A stretch of 64,000 nucleotides of DNA from Planctomycetota bacterium (GTDB lineage: Bacteria > Planctomycetota > UBA8742 > UBA2392): contig JABTUE010000003.1 in NCBI GenBank assembly GCA_015075515.1, positions 700,005-764,004 on the forward strand, read 5' to 3'. Made by a program: the position numbers and the translations under genes. Within the stretch, counting starts at the first letter, position 1; every line of letters starts with the position of its first letter. Below the pieces are notes generated by a model. The model was not told the origin of the DNA. It saw nothing but the letters and a program-made list of their open reading frames with translations, and ran no database searches. Below are positions 17,173 through 26,671 of this stretch, piece by piece.

Positions 17173-17778
17173 TCAGGCTGAAGGAAACCCCGGGTCCTGG
17201 CGCAGACGTTCAATCTGATCCAGGTGCCGGTGGGTGTGGAGCGCGTGGATCTCAAAGGCCTGGGCCAGGCTCACGCGAATCAGCGCCGACACCGGCGTGC
17301 CGAACACAACCGACCCCAGCGGCAGACCGCGCGACAGACGTAACAGATTGCTCAGGTTGGACAGTTCCGTACCCAGTCGGTACCGCACGTCGGCCAGAAC
17401 CAGCCGGCTTGCCGACGGCCGGAACACCCGCGGAGCCGGAACCCGCGCCGCGGGCCCCTTGCGCAGCGTGCGGATGATGTAGCGCCCCACCCATGTGCCA
17501 CGGGCCCACGGGAGAGCACCCGACAAGCCGCGCGCGCGGGCGCGCTCAATCGCGCGGCCGATGCAGCGCGCGTAGGTGCCAATGGACTGGTTCAGGTGAT
17601 CCACACACTCGGCCACCGACCACTTGTCGGGCGCGGGCTTCCAGTTGGCCTGGGCGTCGGAAAGCCCGCCAGTAAGCTGATCCAGCCGATGCCGCGCACG
17701 GTCGTATTCCGCCTGCCAGACCTGAGTGTCTTCGGCGGCTGCGGGCGGCGTGGATTCGCCGGCGGTTTGCGTGTTCAT
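17173..17778 (-). CDS. DinB-superfamily (DinB_2-like) metal-dependent protein
   Basis: 201 aa with four-helix-bundle style motifs (WSVAECVDHL, FEIHALHTHRHLDQI). The start is ATGA-coupled to the marR stop. Confidence 0.7.
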   Translation of the reverse strand: MNTQTAGESTPPAAAEDTQVWQAEYDRARHRLDQLTGGLSDAQANWKPAPDKWSVAECVDHLNQSIGTYARCIGRAIERARARGLSGALPWARGTWVGRYIIRTLRKGPAARVPAPRVFRPSASRLVLADVRYRLGTELSNLSNLLRLSRGLPLGSVVFGTPVSALIRVSLAQAFEIHALHTHRHLDQIERLRQDPGFPSA

Positions 17779-18263
17779 CCTCTGTTCTCCTTGGCAGCGG
17801 CGGCATTGGCCGCGCGCAGTTTTTCCAGCAACGCAATCAGACGGCGCGTGTCACGACTACCCAGACGCGCAAACTGCTGTTCATGCAGACGGTTCAGGGG
17901 CTCTTCCAGCGCGCGGCACAACGCAAGGCCCGCGCGCGTGGCCACGCAGATCACGACGCGGCGGTCCTTGTCCGCACGCCGGCGCTCCACCAGGCCGGCT
18001 TTGCAAAGCTTGTCAATCAGCCGGGTGATGTCCGGATCGCGCGCGATCATACGGGAGGCAATCTCGCCGGCGGGAAGCCCGGCCGGCCCGGCGCCGCGCA
18101 GAATGCGCAGTACGTTGTGCTGGCCGGGGGTAATGCCGCGGGCGCGGATCAGGCGCTGGGCCGGCTCCAGCAGTTCGGTCAGGGTACGGGCCAGCAGCAA
18201 CAGTGCCTGCACGCCGTCGTTGGCAAAGGGCCGGGAAAGGCGGATATCGCGGGCCAGGTTCAT
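17775..18263 (-). CDS. MarR-family transcriptional regulator
   Basis: Winged-helix core (GITPGQHNVLRILRGAG...GEIASRMIARDPDITRLIDKLCKAGLVERRRADKDRRVV). The start is taken at MNLARD. Confidence 0.85.
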   Translation of the reverse strand: MNLARDIRLSRPFANDGVQALLLLARTLTELLEPAQRLIRARGITPGQHNVLRILRGAGPAGLPAGEIASRMIARDPDITRLIDKLCKAGLVERRRADKDRRVVICVATRAGLALCRALEEPLNRLHEQQFARLGSRDTRRLIALLEKLRAANAAAAKENRG

Positions 18264-18316
18264 GTGTTTATCTGTTCTAACGATAGTCGTTATAACGGAT
18301 ATATTTTCCAAAGCAA

Positions 18317-18340
18317 GGGGCCGGGGTGACCCCCGGCCCC
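18317..18340 (-). terminator. intrinsic terminator after the EF-hand gene
   Basis: A perfect 10-bp stem (GGGGCCGGGG tgac CCCCGGCCCC) lies 18 nt past the stop. On the minus strand TTGCTTTGG follows. Confidence 0.55.
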
Positions 18341-18357
18341 TTCGCCCGCGCCTCAGC

Positions 18358-19617
18358 CTACTTCTTGATCTTGGGCCGTGCCGGCTTGGTCGAAATCACT
18401 TCCGTCGTTGACAGCCGCTGCCACTCGTCCTCAGGCTTGTCGCGCCAGTACTGCTCGGTCCGCACCGGAAAACAGTCGGGCTGCGTTGTGGCAATCCAGG
18501 TGACGGTTCGCAGATACTGGCCCGGCTGGCCGCGCTCGAACGTGATCATCGAACAGATGAACTCGCCTGCCGGCGTGGTCAGCTTCTGGTCGTGCTTTTG
18601 CTCCACCACGCGGCCCGGCAGTCTCAGGTTGGCAAACTTCACCGGCTCGTCGGCGCCGCGCGCGGATGATTCCTCGGGCTGCAGGTGCGTCTGCCGCGCG
18701 ATGTACTCAAGACCGGTCATCACACCTATTTCGTTGAGTTCGTCGTCATAAAAATTCACCACCACGCTCGCCCGGCCATAACGTTTGGAAACTGAACTGA
18801 CGCGCCAGCGCCCGTACTGCACGCGGCCATCGGCGAAATTTTCCTTGATCCACCAGACCTGGCCGGCCTTGAGTTCAAACTTCACCTTGTCCGCTGCGGT
18901 CGCGGCGGTCTTGCCCCCGCCTTTGTCGGCGCCCGGCTCGGCCTTGAGCCGTTCCAGTTCGCGGCGGGCGAGGTCTTTGTAGGCCGTGACAAACACGGCT
19001 TCGTCGGCACGGCAGCGGCGTTCTTCTTCGGCGGCATCGTCTCCGGCGGGCGCCTGGCCCTGCAGCGCCGACTGGCATTCAGTCCATTCGTCCACGCAAC
19101 GGGCAACCTCACCGGTGCCGAACAGGGCCGTCAGTTCCTTGCGATCCAGCCGGCCGTCTTTGTTTGTGTCAAAGGCCCACAACACCAGTCGCCAGGCCTG
19201 GCGGGCGGCAAAGTCCATGTCCGGTTCGCGTTCCAGCGGGTTGCGCGCGGCGTCCACCAGCGCGCCAAGCTCGCCGCGTGACAACACCCCGTCATCGTCG
19301 CTGTCGGCCAGAGCGAAATCAGCCGTTGAGGCGAACTCCTCCACGGGGTGATAACGCAGGTTATGGGTGTTCAGGGCCTCGGCCTGTTTGTCGCCCTCGG
19401 GCATGGCCTCGATCGCCCGCAGTTCGGTCAGGGCGCGCAGGCGCAGATCGTGCATTTCCTGCGTGCTGATGCGGCCGTCCTTGTCGGCGTCGGCCAGCTT
19501 GAGAGCCTCGGCCGCGTACTTTTCGCGGCTTTCCTTCAGCAGTGCCGAATCATCCGCCAGGGCATACCCGGCGCACAGGGCCAGAACAGCAACGGCCGGA
19601 GCAAGTCGTGTCTTCAT
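18358..19617 (-). CDS. secreted EF-hand calcium-binding protein with an unknown C-terminal domain
   Basis: Signal peptide MKTRLAPAVAVLALCAGYALA. Three canonical EF loops (DADKDGRISTQE, DSDDDGVLSRGE, DTNKDGRLDRKE). AAGGAG precedes the ATG at 19617. Confidence 0.75.
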   Translation of the reverse strand: MKTRLAPAVAVLALCAGYALADDSALLKESREKYAAEALKLADADKDGRISTQEMHDLRLRALTELRAIEAMPEGDKQAEALNTHNLRYHPVEEFASTADFALADSDDDGVLSRGELGALVDAARNPLEREPDMDFAARQAWRLVLWAFDTNKDGRLDRKELTALFGTGEVARCVDEWTECQSALQGQAPAGDDAAEEERRCRADEAVFVTAYKDLARRELERLKAEPGADKGGGKTAATAADKVKFELKAGQVWWIKENFADGRVQYGRWRVSSVSKRYGRASVVVNFYDDELNEIGVMTGLEYIARQTHLQPEESSARGADEPVKFANLRLPGRVVEQKHDQKLTTPAGEFICSMITFERGQPGQYLRTVTWIATTQPDCFPVRTEQYWRDKPEDEWQRLSTTEVISTKPARPKIKK

Positions 19618-19764
19618 GACGATTCTCCTTAGGCGGCATGATTGCAATAGCGCAAAGGCTGCACCACCATGACATCTGGCTTGCATCGCGTATGCGCACA
19701 ACCGCCGCGACCCTGCGCGGCACCGCAACCGGCGCTAGACTCCCGCCCGCACACGGAGGCAAAC

Positions 19765-20565
19765 ATGTCCAGGCTGGCCATCATCGGCGGCGGGTTCATG
19801 GGCGCGGCGCTGGCCGAAGGCCTGCTTGACTCGGGCTGGCACCGCGACAGCTTTGTCGTGGCCGAGATCAGCCGCGACCGCCGCGAACACCTGACCGCGC
19901 GCCTGAAACTGCGCACCACTGACAGCGCCGCCGAAGCCGCGGCCCAGGCCGCCACGGTGCTTCTGGCCGTAAAGCCCCAGAACGCCCGCGACACACTGGC
20001 GGCAATCCGGCCGGTGTTTGACCGCGCCAAGCTGCTGGTCAGCATCTGCGCCGGCATTCGCATCGAGACCCTGGAACAGGCCCTGGGCAACCCGCCGGTG
20101 ATCCGCACCATGCCCAACACGCCCGCGGCCGTGGGCATGGGCGTGACGGCCCTGGCCCGTGGCCGCCACGCCACGGACCAGCACCTGGCCACGGCGCTGA
20201 ACATCCTGTCGGCCGTGGGCCGTGTGGTGGTGGTGGACGAATCGCAGATGGACGCCGTAACCGCCGTCAGCGGCACCGGCCCGGCCTATGTGTTTTACCT
20301 TGCCGAGGCACTGATTGACGCGGCCTGCGCCGAAGGCCTGGACCGTGAACAGGCCACCATGCTGGTGTACCAGACCTTTGTCGGCGCCGCGCACCTGTTG
20401 CAGCATGACCCGGCGGGGCCGGTTGAGCTGCGCCGGCGCGTGACCAGCCCCAACGGCACCACTCACGCCGCAATCACGCACCTGCAGGCCGCCAACTGGG
20501 CCGAAACCTTCAGGCAGGCGGTAACCAAAGCCCGCCGTCGCGCCGAAGAACTGGGGCGGTCCTGA
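19765..20565 (+). CDS. proC: pyrroline-5-carboxylate reductase
   Basis: MSRLAIIGGGFMGAALAEG Rossmann start, plus RTMPNTPA and VTSPNGTT motifs. GGAGG lies upstream. Confidence 0.9.
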   Translation: MSRLAIIGGGFMGAALAEGLLDSGWHRDSFVVAEISRDRREHLTARLKLRTTDSAAEAAAQAATVLLAVKPQNARDTLAAIRPVFDRAKLLVSICAGIRIETLEQALGNPPVIRTMPNTPAAVGMGVTALARGRHATDQHLATALNILSAVGRVVVVDESQMDAVTAVSGTGPAYVFYLAEALIDAACAEGLDREQATMLVYQTFVGAAHLLQHDPAGPVELRRRVTSPNGTTHAAITHLQAANWAETFRQAVTKARRRAEELGRS

Positions 20566-20685
20566 CAGACGGGTTTCCGTTGCGGCAGGGCTGTTTCGTA
20601 TCAGATATCGCCCATCGCGCGCGTGGCTGGATTGGTACCGCGTGCGGGTTATGATTGCCCCCTCAGACCGTTGCCCGGAGCATCC

Positions 20686-22467
20686 ATGAAGTCGCGCGCG
20701 GCGCTGCTGATGCTTGCCCCCCTGGCGGCTTTGCTGCCCTGGGCGCTGGCTGTCGCCCAGCCCGTGCCGCCCCCGCCGCCCGAGCCGGAGCCGCCCAAGG
20801 CCGCACCCGCGCAGCCCCAAAGTGCTCCTTCGACCGTGCGCTTTTTCGGCTCCGACTGGACGCTGGACCCCCACGACGCCCGTGACCCGGCCAGTCTTTC
20901 CCTCTGCTGCGCGCTGTACGACACGCTGTACATCTACGGCCCGGGACCCAGGCCCGAAATCAAACCCCTGCTGGCCGAGGCCCTGCCCGAAGTTTCCGAA
21001 GACGGCCTGGCCTGGACCATCCGGTTGCGCAAGGGCGTGCGCTTTCACAACAGTGCGGCGGTGTTCGGCACCGACAAATCCCGCGAACTCAAAGCCCGCG
21101 ACGTGGTAGACAGTCTCAAGCGCCTGTCGCGGTCGGGCACGGAACGCGGCATGTACTGGCTGATCCAGGGCATTATACAGGGGCTGGATGACTACGGCCG
21201 ACGCACCCGCGATGAACTTCAATTCGGGGCCGACGACGTGACCGTGGCCGGCGTGTCGGCGCCCGATGACCGCACCGTGGTCCTGAAGCTCACGCGGCCC
21301 TTTGGCGCGCTGCTGACCGTTCTGGCCCATCCCTGCACCAGTGTCATACCGCGCGAGGCCATGGACGCCCTGGGCAGCGGCCTTGCGGCGCGAGCCGTGG
21401 GCAGCGGCCCCTACCGCGTGCATGCCGTGGCGGGAAACTCGCTGCTGGTGCTCAAGCGGTTCGAGGACTACTGGGGTGAGAAACCGGGCTTTGAGCGCAT
21501 TGTCTACAGTGACGAAGCGTCCGGGCGCTGGGAACAATACTTTGAAAGCGGCCAGACCGCGGTGATGCGCATTTACAGCACCCAGTTACTGGAACGCATC
21601 CTGCCCGGCAACAAACCCGGCCCGCTGCTGCAAAAAACGGGCTGCACCCCCGTGTGGTCGGACGAAACGGGCATGTACTTTCTGGCCTTTAACATGGAAG
21701 ACCCGCTTTGGGGTGCTCTGGACGACGACGGTCGCCTGTTGCGCAAAGCCGTAAGTCTGGCCGTGCAGCGGCCCGAGTACGCCGCGGCTTGCGGTTATGC
21801 CGAGCCCTGGTCACGCCAGGCCACAACGCCCATGCCGCCGCACACCGAGTTTGACGACCTGGCGGCGCGGCACGACATGGGCGGCACGGACGCCAAGGCG
21901 GCCAAAGCGGCCCTGGACGCCAGCAAGTACAAGGGCGGCAAGGATCCCGCCACCGGCGCCCCCCTGGTGCTTGAAGTGGCGCTGACAAACGCGACCATGC
22001 ACAACGCCCTGGGCAAGAACCTGAAGCAGGCGCTGCAGCCGCTGGGGATCACTGTGGTTACACGCGTAGCACGCGGCGACTACCGCGAAACAGTACGCAC
22101 CAGCAAGGCCCACGCGTTCTTTGCCGGGTGGTTCATGGACTCGCCCGACGCCCAGAACTTCTTGCAGCTTTTCTGGGGCGCCAACGCCGCCAGCCGGGCC
22201 GAGTTCACCAACACCGCGCGTTACCGCAGTGAAGAATACGACCGGCTGTACCGCGAGTTCGAAGCCCTGTTGCCCAGCACAGCCAACGAGACGCGCCGGC
22301 GTGAACTCGCCGACGCCCTGCTGGCTCTGCTGGCGCGAGACAGGCCGCTGGCGCCGCTGTTTGTCATGCGCCACGCGCACCTGTATTCGCGGCAGGTGCA
22401 GTGGCCGGACCTGCCCGTTACCAGCCTTCACGAACTGCGGCATCTCAAGCCCGCCAAAACGGAGTAA
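20686..22467 (+). CDS. ABC transporter substrate-binding protein, family 5 (peptide/nickel type)
   Basis: Signal peptide MKSRAALLMLAPLAALLPWALAVA. Family-5 length and motifs (GVRFHN, YWGEKP, GWFMDSPDAQNFL). Confidence 0.8.
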   Translation: MKSRAALLMLAPLAALLPWALAVAQPVPPPPPEPEPPKAAPAQPQSAPSTVRFFGSDWTLDPHDARDPASLSLCCALYDTLYIYGPGPRPEIKPLLAEALPEVSEDGLAWTIRLRKGVRFHNSAAVFGTDKSRELKARDVVDSLKRLSRSGTERGMYWLIQGIIQGLDDYGRRTRDELQFGADDVTVAGVSAPDDRTVVLKLTRPFGALLTVLAHPCTSVIPREAMDALGSGLAARAVGSGPYRVHAVAGNSLLVLKRFEDYWGEKPGFERIVYSDEASGRWEQYFESGQTAVMRIYSTQLLERILPGNKPGPLLQKTGCTPVWSDETGMYFLAFNMEDPLWGALDDDGRLLRKAVSLAVQRPEYAAACGYAEPWSRQATTPMPPHTEFDDLAARHDMGGTDAKAAKAALDASKYKGGKDPATGAPLVLEVALTNATMHNALGKNLKQALQPLGITVVTRVARGDYRETVRTSKAHAFFAGWFMDSPDAQNFLQLFWGANAASRAEFTNTARYRSEEYDRLYREFEALLPSTANETRRRELADALLALLARDRPLAPLFVMRHAHLYSRQVQWPDLPVTSLHELRHLKPAKTE

Positions 22468-22469
22468 CG

Positions 22470-24497
22470 ATGCCCGCCACCCGCGTCCCGATGCTGTTCG
22501 CCACCGCACTTGTGGCGATGGCGATGTCCGGCTGCGGCGGCACGGCGGCATCTTTGGCCGCCGAAGACGAAGGACTGATTGTGCTTCGCCGCAGCGAGGG
22601 CGAAGATCCCAAGACGATTGACCCTCACAAGGCCGGCGACACGGGCAGTTCCCGTCATTGCTCGCTTTGTTACGAAAGCCTGCTGGAGTACGACTTTCTG
22701 GAACGCCCGGCCAAGCTGGTACCCTGTACCGCCGCGGCCATGCCCACCTATGACGCCGCCACACTGACCTACACGTTCAGGTTGCGTGACGACGTGTATT
22801 TTCAGGACGACCGGTGCTTTCACCCGGAAGCCGCCGGCCGCACCTACAGCCAGGAGGGTGAACGCCGCCAGTCCGACAGGGGCAAGGGTCGCCGCCTGAC
22901 CGCCCATGACTATGTCTGGAGCTTCAAGCGCCTTTCGGCCTTGCCGGATTCTGAAGGCTTCTGGCTGTTCGAGCACAAGATTGTGGGCATTGATGCCTTT
23001 CACACCCGCGCCATGGATCTGTATACGGAAGACCCGGAAGCCTGGCGCGAGCACCTGAATCACGGCAAGGTGGAAGGCATCTGGGCGCCCGACGATTTCA
23101 CGTTCTGTGTCCGGTTTGTCGAACCGTACCCCCAGTTTCTGTACGCCATTGCCATGTCCTACGGAGCGGCGATGGCACGGGAAGCGGTGGAGTATTACGG
23201 CCCCGATATCGCGCGCAAACCGGTGGGAACCGGCCCGTTTGTGCTGAAACGCTGGCGCTTCAACATGGAGCTGGTGTGGGAGCGCAGCCCCACATTCCGT
23301 GACCAGCGCTTTCCCACCAGCACCAGACCCGAGCATGAAAGGTTCCGCGCCTTCATGGGCAGGCGCCTGCCGATCGCCGACCGCGTGCACTTCCGCATTA
23401 TCAAGGAAAGCCAGCCGGAGTTTCTGGAGTTCCTGCAGGGCAACCTTGATGTTGCCGGCATTGACAAAGACCAGTTTTCCACGGCACTGACGCCGCAGCA
23501 CGAACTGACGCCGCTGCTGAAGGACAAGGGCATCCAGCTTCGTACCTGGGAAGACCCCTACATGTCCTACATTGCCCTGAACATGGACGACAACGACATC
23601 GGGGCTCCGGCCGGCGCCAGGGGGCTTGCCGTGCGTCGGGCCCTGTGCCTGTGCATTGACCGTGACGACCTGATCCGGCGCTATCTCAACGGCCGCGGAT
23701 CGCCGGCACGACATGTGATTCCGGCCTCGACGTTCGGTTACAGTGAAGACAGCGCCATGAGCTGGCAGCGCTACGACCCTGCCGAGGGTCGCCGGCAACT
23801 GGAAGCCGCCGGGTTCCGCGTGGAAAGTATCGGGCGTGATCTCTACCGGACCGTTGACCCGGCCACCGGCAAGCAGGTCTCAATCACCGTGCTGATTCGC
23901 CGCAACGACCAGCAGTCGGCGGACTATGCGGTGTTTCTCAAGAGCTCGGGCGACAAGGTCGGCATCCGCATTGACAGCGAGCGCATGACGTTTGCCGAGT
24001 GGCTCAAGCGCAGCAACGACCGGGTGGGCCAGGCGTTCGATTCCGGCTGGATCATGGACTACCCCGACGCCCAGAACAACCTGCAGTTGCTGTACGGCCC
24101 CAACACGGCACAGGGGCTGAATTACTCGGGCTACAACTCGGAAACCTACAACCGCATGTACCGCGAGCTGGCACCGCTGGACGAAGCCGATGAAACCCAG
24201 CGCGCGCGCAAGGGCGAACTGGTGCGGCTGATGCACGCCGAACTCGACAAGGATCTGCCGTGGGTCATGCTGAACTGGAACAAGACCTATTCGCTGTTTC
24301 ACAGCTGGTATACCCTGCCCGACCCCAACCCCTTTGCCTACACCTACACCAAGTTCGTGCACGCCGACACGCCCCGGCGCGGCGAACTGGCCACAAGCTG
24401 GGCCAGAACACCGGTGCTGCCGGGTCTGCTGCTGTCGCTGCTGTTCTTTGTTCCGGCTGCCCTGCTGGTATCACGGGTGATAAGGCAGGCGCTCTGA
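22470..24497 (+). CDS. ABC transporter substrate-binding lipoprotein, family 5, with an extra C-terminal hydrophobic helix
   Basis: Lipobox-like AMSGC. Family-5 motifs (GTGPFVLKRW, GWIMDYPDAQNNL). The C-terminus is VLPGLLLSLLFFVPAALLVS. Confidence 0.8.
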   Translation: MPATRVPMLFATALVAMAMSGCGGTAASLAAEDEGLIVLRRSEGEDPKTIDPHKAGDTGSSRHCSLCYESLLEYDFLERPAKLVPCTAAAMPTYDAATLTYTFRLRDDVYFQDDRCFHPEAAGRTYSQEGERRQSDRGKGRRLTAHDYVWSFKRLSALPDSEGFWLFEHKIVGIDAFHTRAMDLYTEDPEAWREHLNHGKVEGIWAPDDFTFCVRFVEPYPQFLYAIAMSYGAAMAREAVEYYGPDIARKPVGTGPFVLKRWRFNMELVWERSPTFRDQRFPTSTRPEHERFRAFMGRRLPIADRVHFRIIKESQPEFLEFLQGNLDVAGIDKDQFSTALTPQHELTPLLKDKGIQLRTWEDPYMSYIALNMDDNDIGAPAGARGLAVRRALCLCIDRDDLIRRYLNGRGSPARHVIPASTFGYSEDSAMSWQRYDPAEGRRQLEAAGFRVESIGRDLYRTVDPATGKQVSITVLIRRNDQQSADYAVFLKSSGDKVGIRIDSERMTFAEWLKRSNDRVGQAFDSGWIMDYPDAQNNLQLLYGPNTAQGLNYSGYNSETYNRMYRELAPLDEADETQRARKGELVRLMHAELDKDLPWVMLNWNKTYSLFHSWYTLPDPNPFAYTYTKFVHADTPRRGELATSWARTPVLPGLLLSLLFFVPAALLVSRVIRQAL

Positions 24498-24498
24498 C

Positions 24499-25545
24499 AT
24501 GCTCGCCTACGTCCTGCGCAAGCTGCTGTACATGCCGCTCATCCTGATGGGCGTCATCCTGATCACCTTTCTGCTGTTCTTTGTGGTGACCAGCCCCGAG
24601 GCCCTGGCCCGACTGCGCGTGGGCAGCAAGGCCAGCCAGCAGCAGGTATGCGAATGGATGGCCGCCAACGGGTACATTGAGTGGACCGACGCCGGACGCG
24701 CCAAACGGGCAGCTCCCCCGGAGAGAACCGAGGACAGCGCCGACACCGAACAGGGGCGGGTTTTCGAAGAGGGCCAGGACTTCGTGCGCACAGGCCGGCT
24801 GGTGCTGTTCGGCCGTTTTTTACGGGACATTCTGCTGTTTGATTACGGCATGGACCGCCGCGACCGCCCCGTGGCCCGCGTACTGTATGAAGGCATGTGG
24901 GCGAGTCTGGCGTTAACCGTGCCGGCATTTCTGATTGCCGAACTGCTGGGCGTGTTTTTCGGCCTGATTGCCGCCATGTACCGCCAGACCAGAATTGACC
25001 ATGTGCTGGTGATCAGCGCGATCCTGATCATGAGCGTCAACAGCATCGCCCTGTACATGTTCGGCCAGAAGTTTCTGGCGGCCGAATGGAACTACTTTCC
25101 CGTCATCGGCTACGGCGACGGCCTGAATGCGGCCCGCTATCTGGCGCTGCCGATTCTGCTGTACGTGTTCATCAGCTACGGCGAACAGTTGCGCTTCAAC
25201 CGGATTGTAATGCTGGATGAAACCAACCAGGACTACGTGCGCACGGCCCGGGCCAAGGGCCTGAACGAAAACACCGTGCTGTTCAAACATGTGTTGCGCA
25301 ACACGCTGATTCCGCTGATCACGCGCTGGGTGGTGGCGATTCCGTCGCTGTATCTGGGCGCGCTGGTGCTGGAAAGCTTCTTTGGCATTCCCGGCCTGGG
25401 GTACCTGACCGTGGACGCGATCGCCAACAGCGACGTGAACATCGTGCGTGCAACCGTTGTTCTGGGTTCGATCACCTTCATGCTGGCCAACCTGCTGTCC
25501 GACGTGCTGTACGCGGTGGCGGACCCGCGCGTGAAACTGAGTTAG
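24499..25545 (+). CDS. ABC transporter permease (DppB/OppB-like)
   Basis: 348 aa, multi-TM, with an EAA-loop region (YVRTARAKGLNENTVLFKHVLRN). Confidence 0.9.
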   Translation: MLAYVLRKLLYMPLILMGVILITFLLFFVVTSPEALARLRVGSKASQQQVCEWMAANGYIEWTDAGRAKRAAPPERTEDSADTEQGRVFEEGQDFVRTGRLVLFGRFLRDILLFDYGMDRRDRPVARVLYEGMWASLALTVPAFLIAELLGVFFGLIAAMYRQTRIDHVLVISAILIMSVNSIALYMFGQKFLAAEWNYFPVIGYGDGLNAARYLALPILLYVFISYGEQLRFNRIVMLDETNQDYVRTARAKGLNENTVLFKHVLRNTLIPLITRWVVAIPSLYLGALVLESFFGIPGLGYLTVDAIANSDVNIVRATVVLGSITFMLANLLSDVLYAVADPRVKLS

Positions 25546-25555
25546 GCAACCACAC

Positions 25556-26617
25556 ATGCCCTGGATCGAGGTCATCCGTCGCCTGCTGAAGCGCCCGCTG
25601 GTCATGGCGTGCCTGGCGGTGATTCTGGTCTTTGCGCTTGTGGCGCTTACCGCGCGTCTGTGGGTTCCCAACGAAGACCTGGCCGCGCGCACCAGCGAAT
25701 CGGCCCTGGATGAAATCACCGGTCTGGAACGCAGCTATCATCCCCCGGGCTGGCTGCTGTATCTGGACGCCGACCACGGCCACTGGGCCAACACCGGCGT
25801 GGACCCCGCCACCCGCGAAGAACGCCCCGCCGTGGCCCCTGAAAACCGCAACTGGGGCTTTTTTGACGTGCGCACCTGGCACCTTCCGCTGGGCTGCGAC
25901 ATCCACGGCGTGAGTCTGCTGGCCAAGCTGATCCGGGGCACCGAACTGGCGTTCATCATCGGCATCATTCCCACCCTGATCAGCAGCGTGATTGCCGTGA
26001 TCATGGGGCTGCTGGCGGGCTACTTCGGCAAATGGATTGACGACGCAATCGGCTACCTGATCAACACCCTGGCATCCATTCCGTTTGTGCTGCTGTTGAT
26101 CGCGTTTATCCAAGCCGTGCGCGACAGCGACAGCATCGCCCGTCTGTTTGAAGCCGTCGGCCAGGACAGCAAGCCGCTGCGTAATCTGGTTCTGGTGCTG
26201 ATCGTGATCGGCCTGACGAGCTGGATCGGGCTGTGCCGCCTTGTGCGCGCGGAAGTGCTCAAGCACAAAGACCGCGATTACGTTCACGCCGCACGGGCTC
26301 TGGGCTGCGGGCACATGCGCATCATCGGCAAACACATCCTGCCCAACGTGATGCACCTGGTGATCATCGTGTTCACGCTCAGCTTTGTCGGGTCGGTCGG
26401 TCTTGAAGTGTTCCTGAGTTTTGTGGGGATCGGGATTGACTCGACACTGCCCACCTGGGGCCAGGTCATCGTCAAGGGCCGCGACGAACTGCAGCGTGAC
26501 CCAAGTGTCTGGTGGCCCCTGACCTTTGCCACCGCCACGCTGTTCACCCTGTCGCTGGCGTTTTCGCTGTTCGGCGACGCCCTGCGCGACGCGCTGGACC
26601 CGAAACTGCGCACATAG
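25556..26617 (+). CDS. ABC transporter permease (DppC/OppC-like)
   Basis: 353 aa, multi-TM, with an EAA-loop region (YVHAARALGCGHMRIIGKHILPN). Confidence 0.9.
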   Translation: MPWIEVIRRLLKRPLVMACLAVILVFALVALTARLWVPNEDLAARTSESALDEITGLERSYHPPGWLLYLDADHGHWANTGVDPATREERPAVAPENRNWGFFDVRTWHLPLGCDIHGVSLLAKLIRGTELAFIIGIIPTLISSVIAVIMGLLAGYFGKWIDDAIGYLINTLASIPFVLLLIAFIQAVRDSDSIARLFEAVGQDSKPLRNLVLVLIVIGLTSWIGLCRLVRAEVLKHKDRDYVHAARALGCGHMRIIGKHILPNVMHLVIIVFTLSFVGSVGLEVFLSFVGIGIDSTLPTWGQVIVKGRDELQRDPSVWWPLTFATATLFTLSLAFSLFGDALRDALDPKLRT

Positions 26618-26671
26618 AGCCTTTCGTGGCCGGTTGATTCAGACCCGCTTTGCGTCTATCGTTTCCGCCCG

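Noticed and set aside
16539-17477. Periodic repeats and multiple overlapping ORFs on both strands, considered as a CRISPR-like or non-coding tandem array.
   Set aside because: The period is 9 nt (three codons), with no unique spacers. One frame gives a signal peptide plus phased C-x-x repeats behind a good RBS. The other frames (Ala/Leu-rich, Gln/Gly/Arg-rich) are by-products of the repeat.
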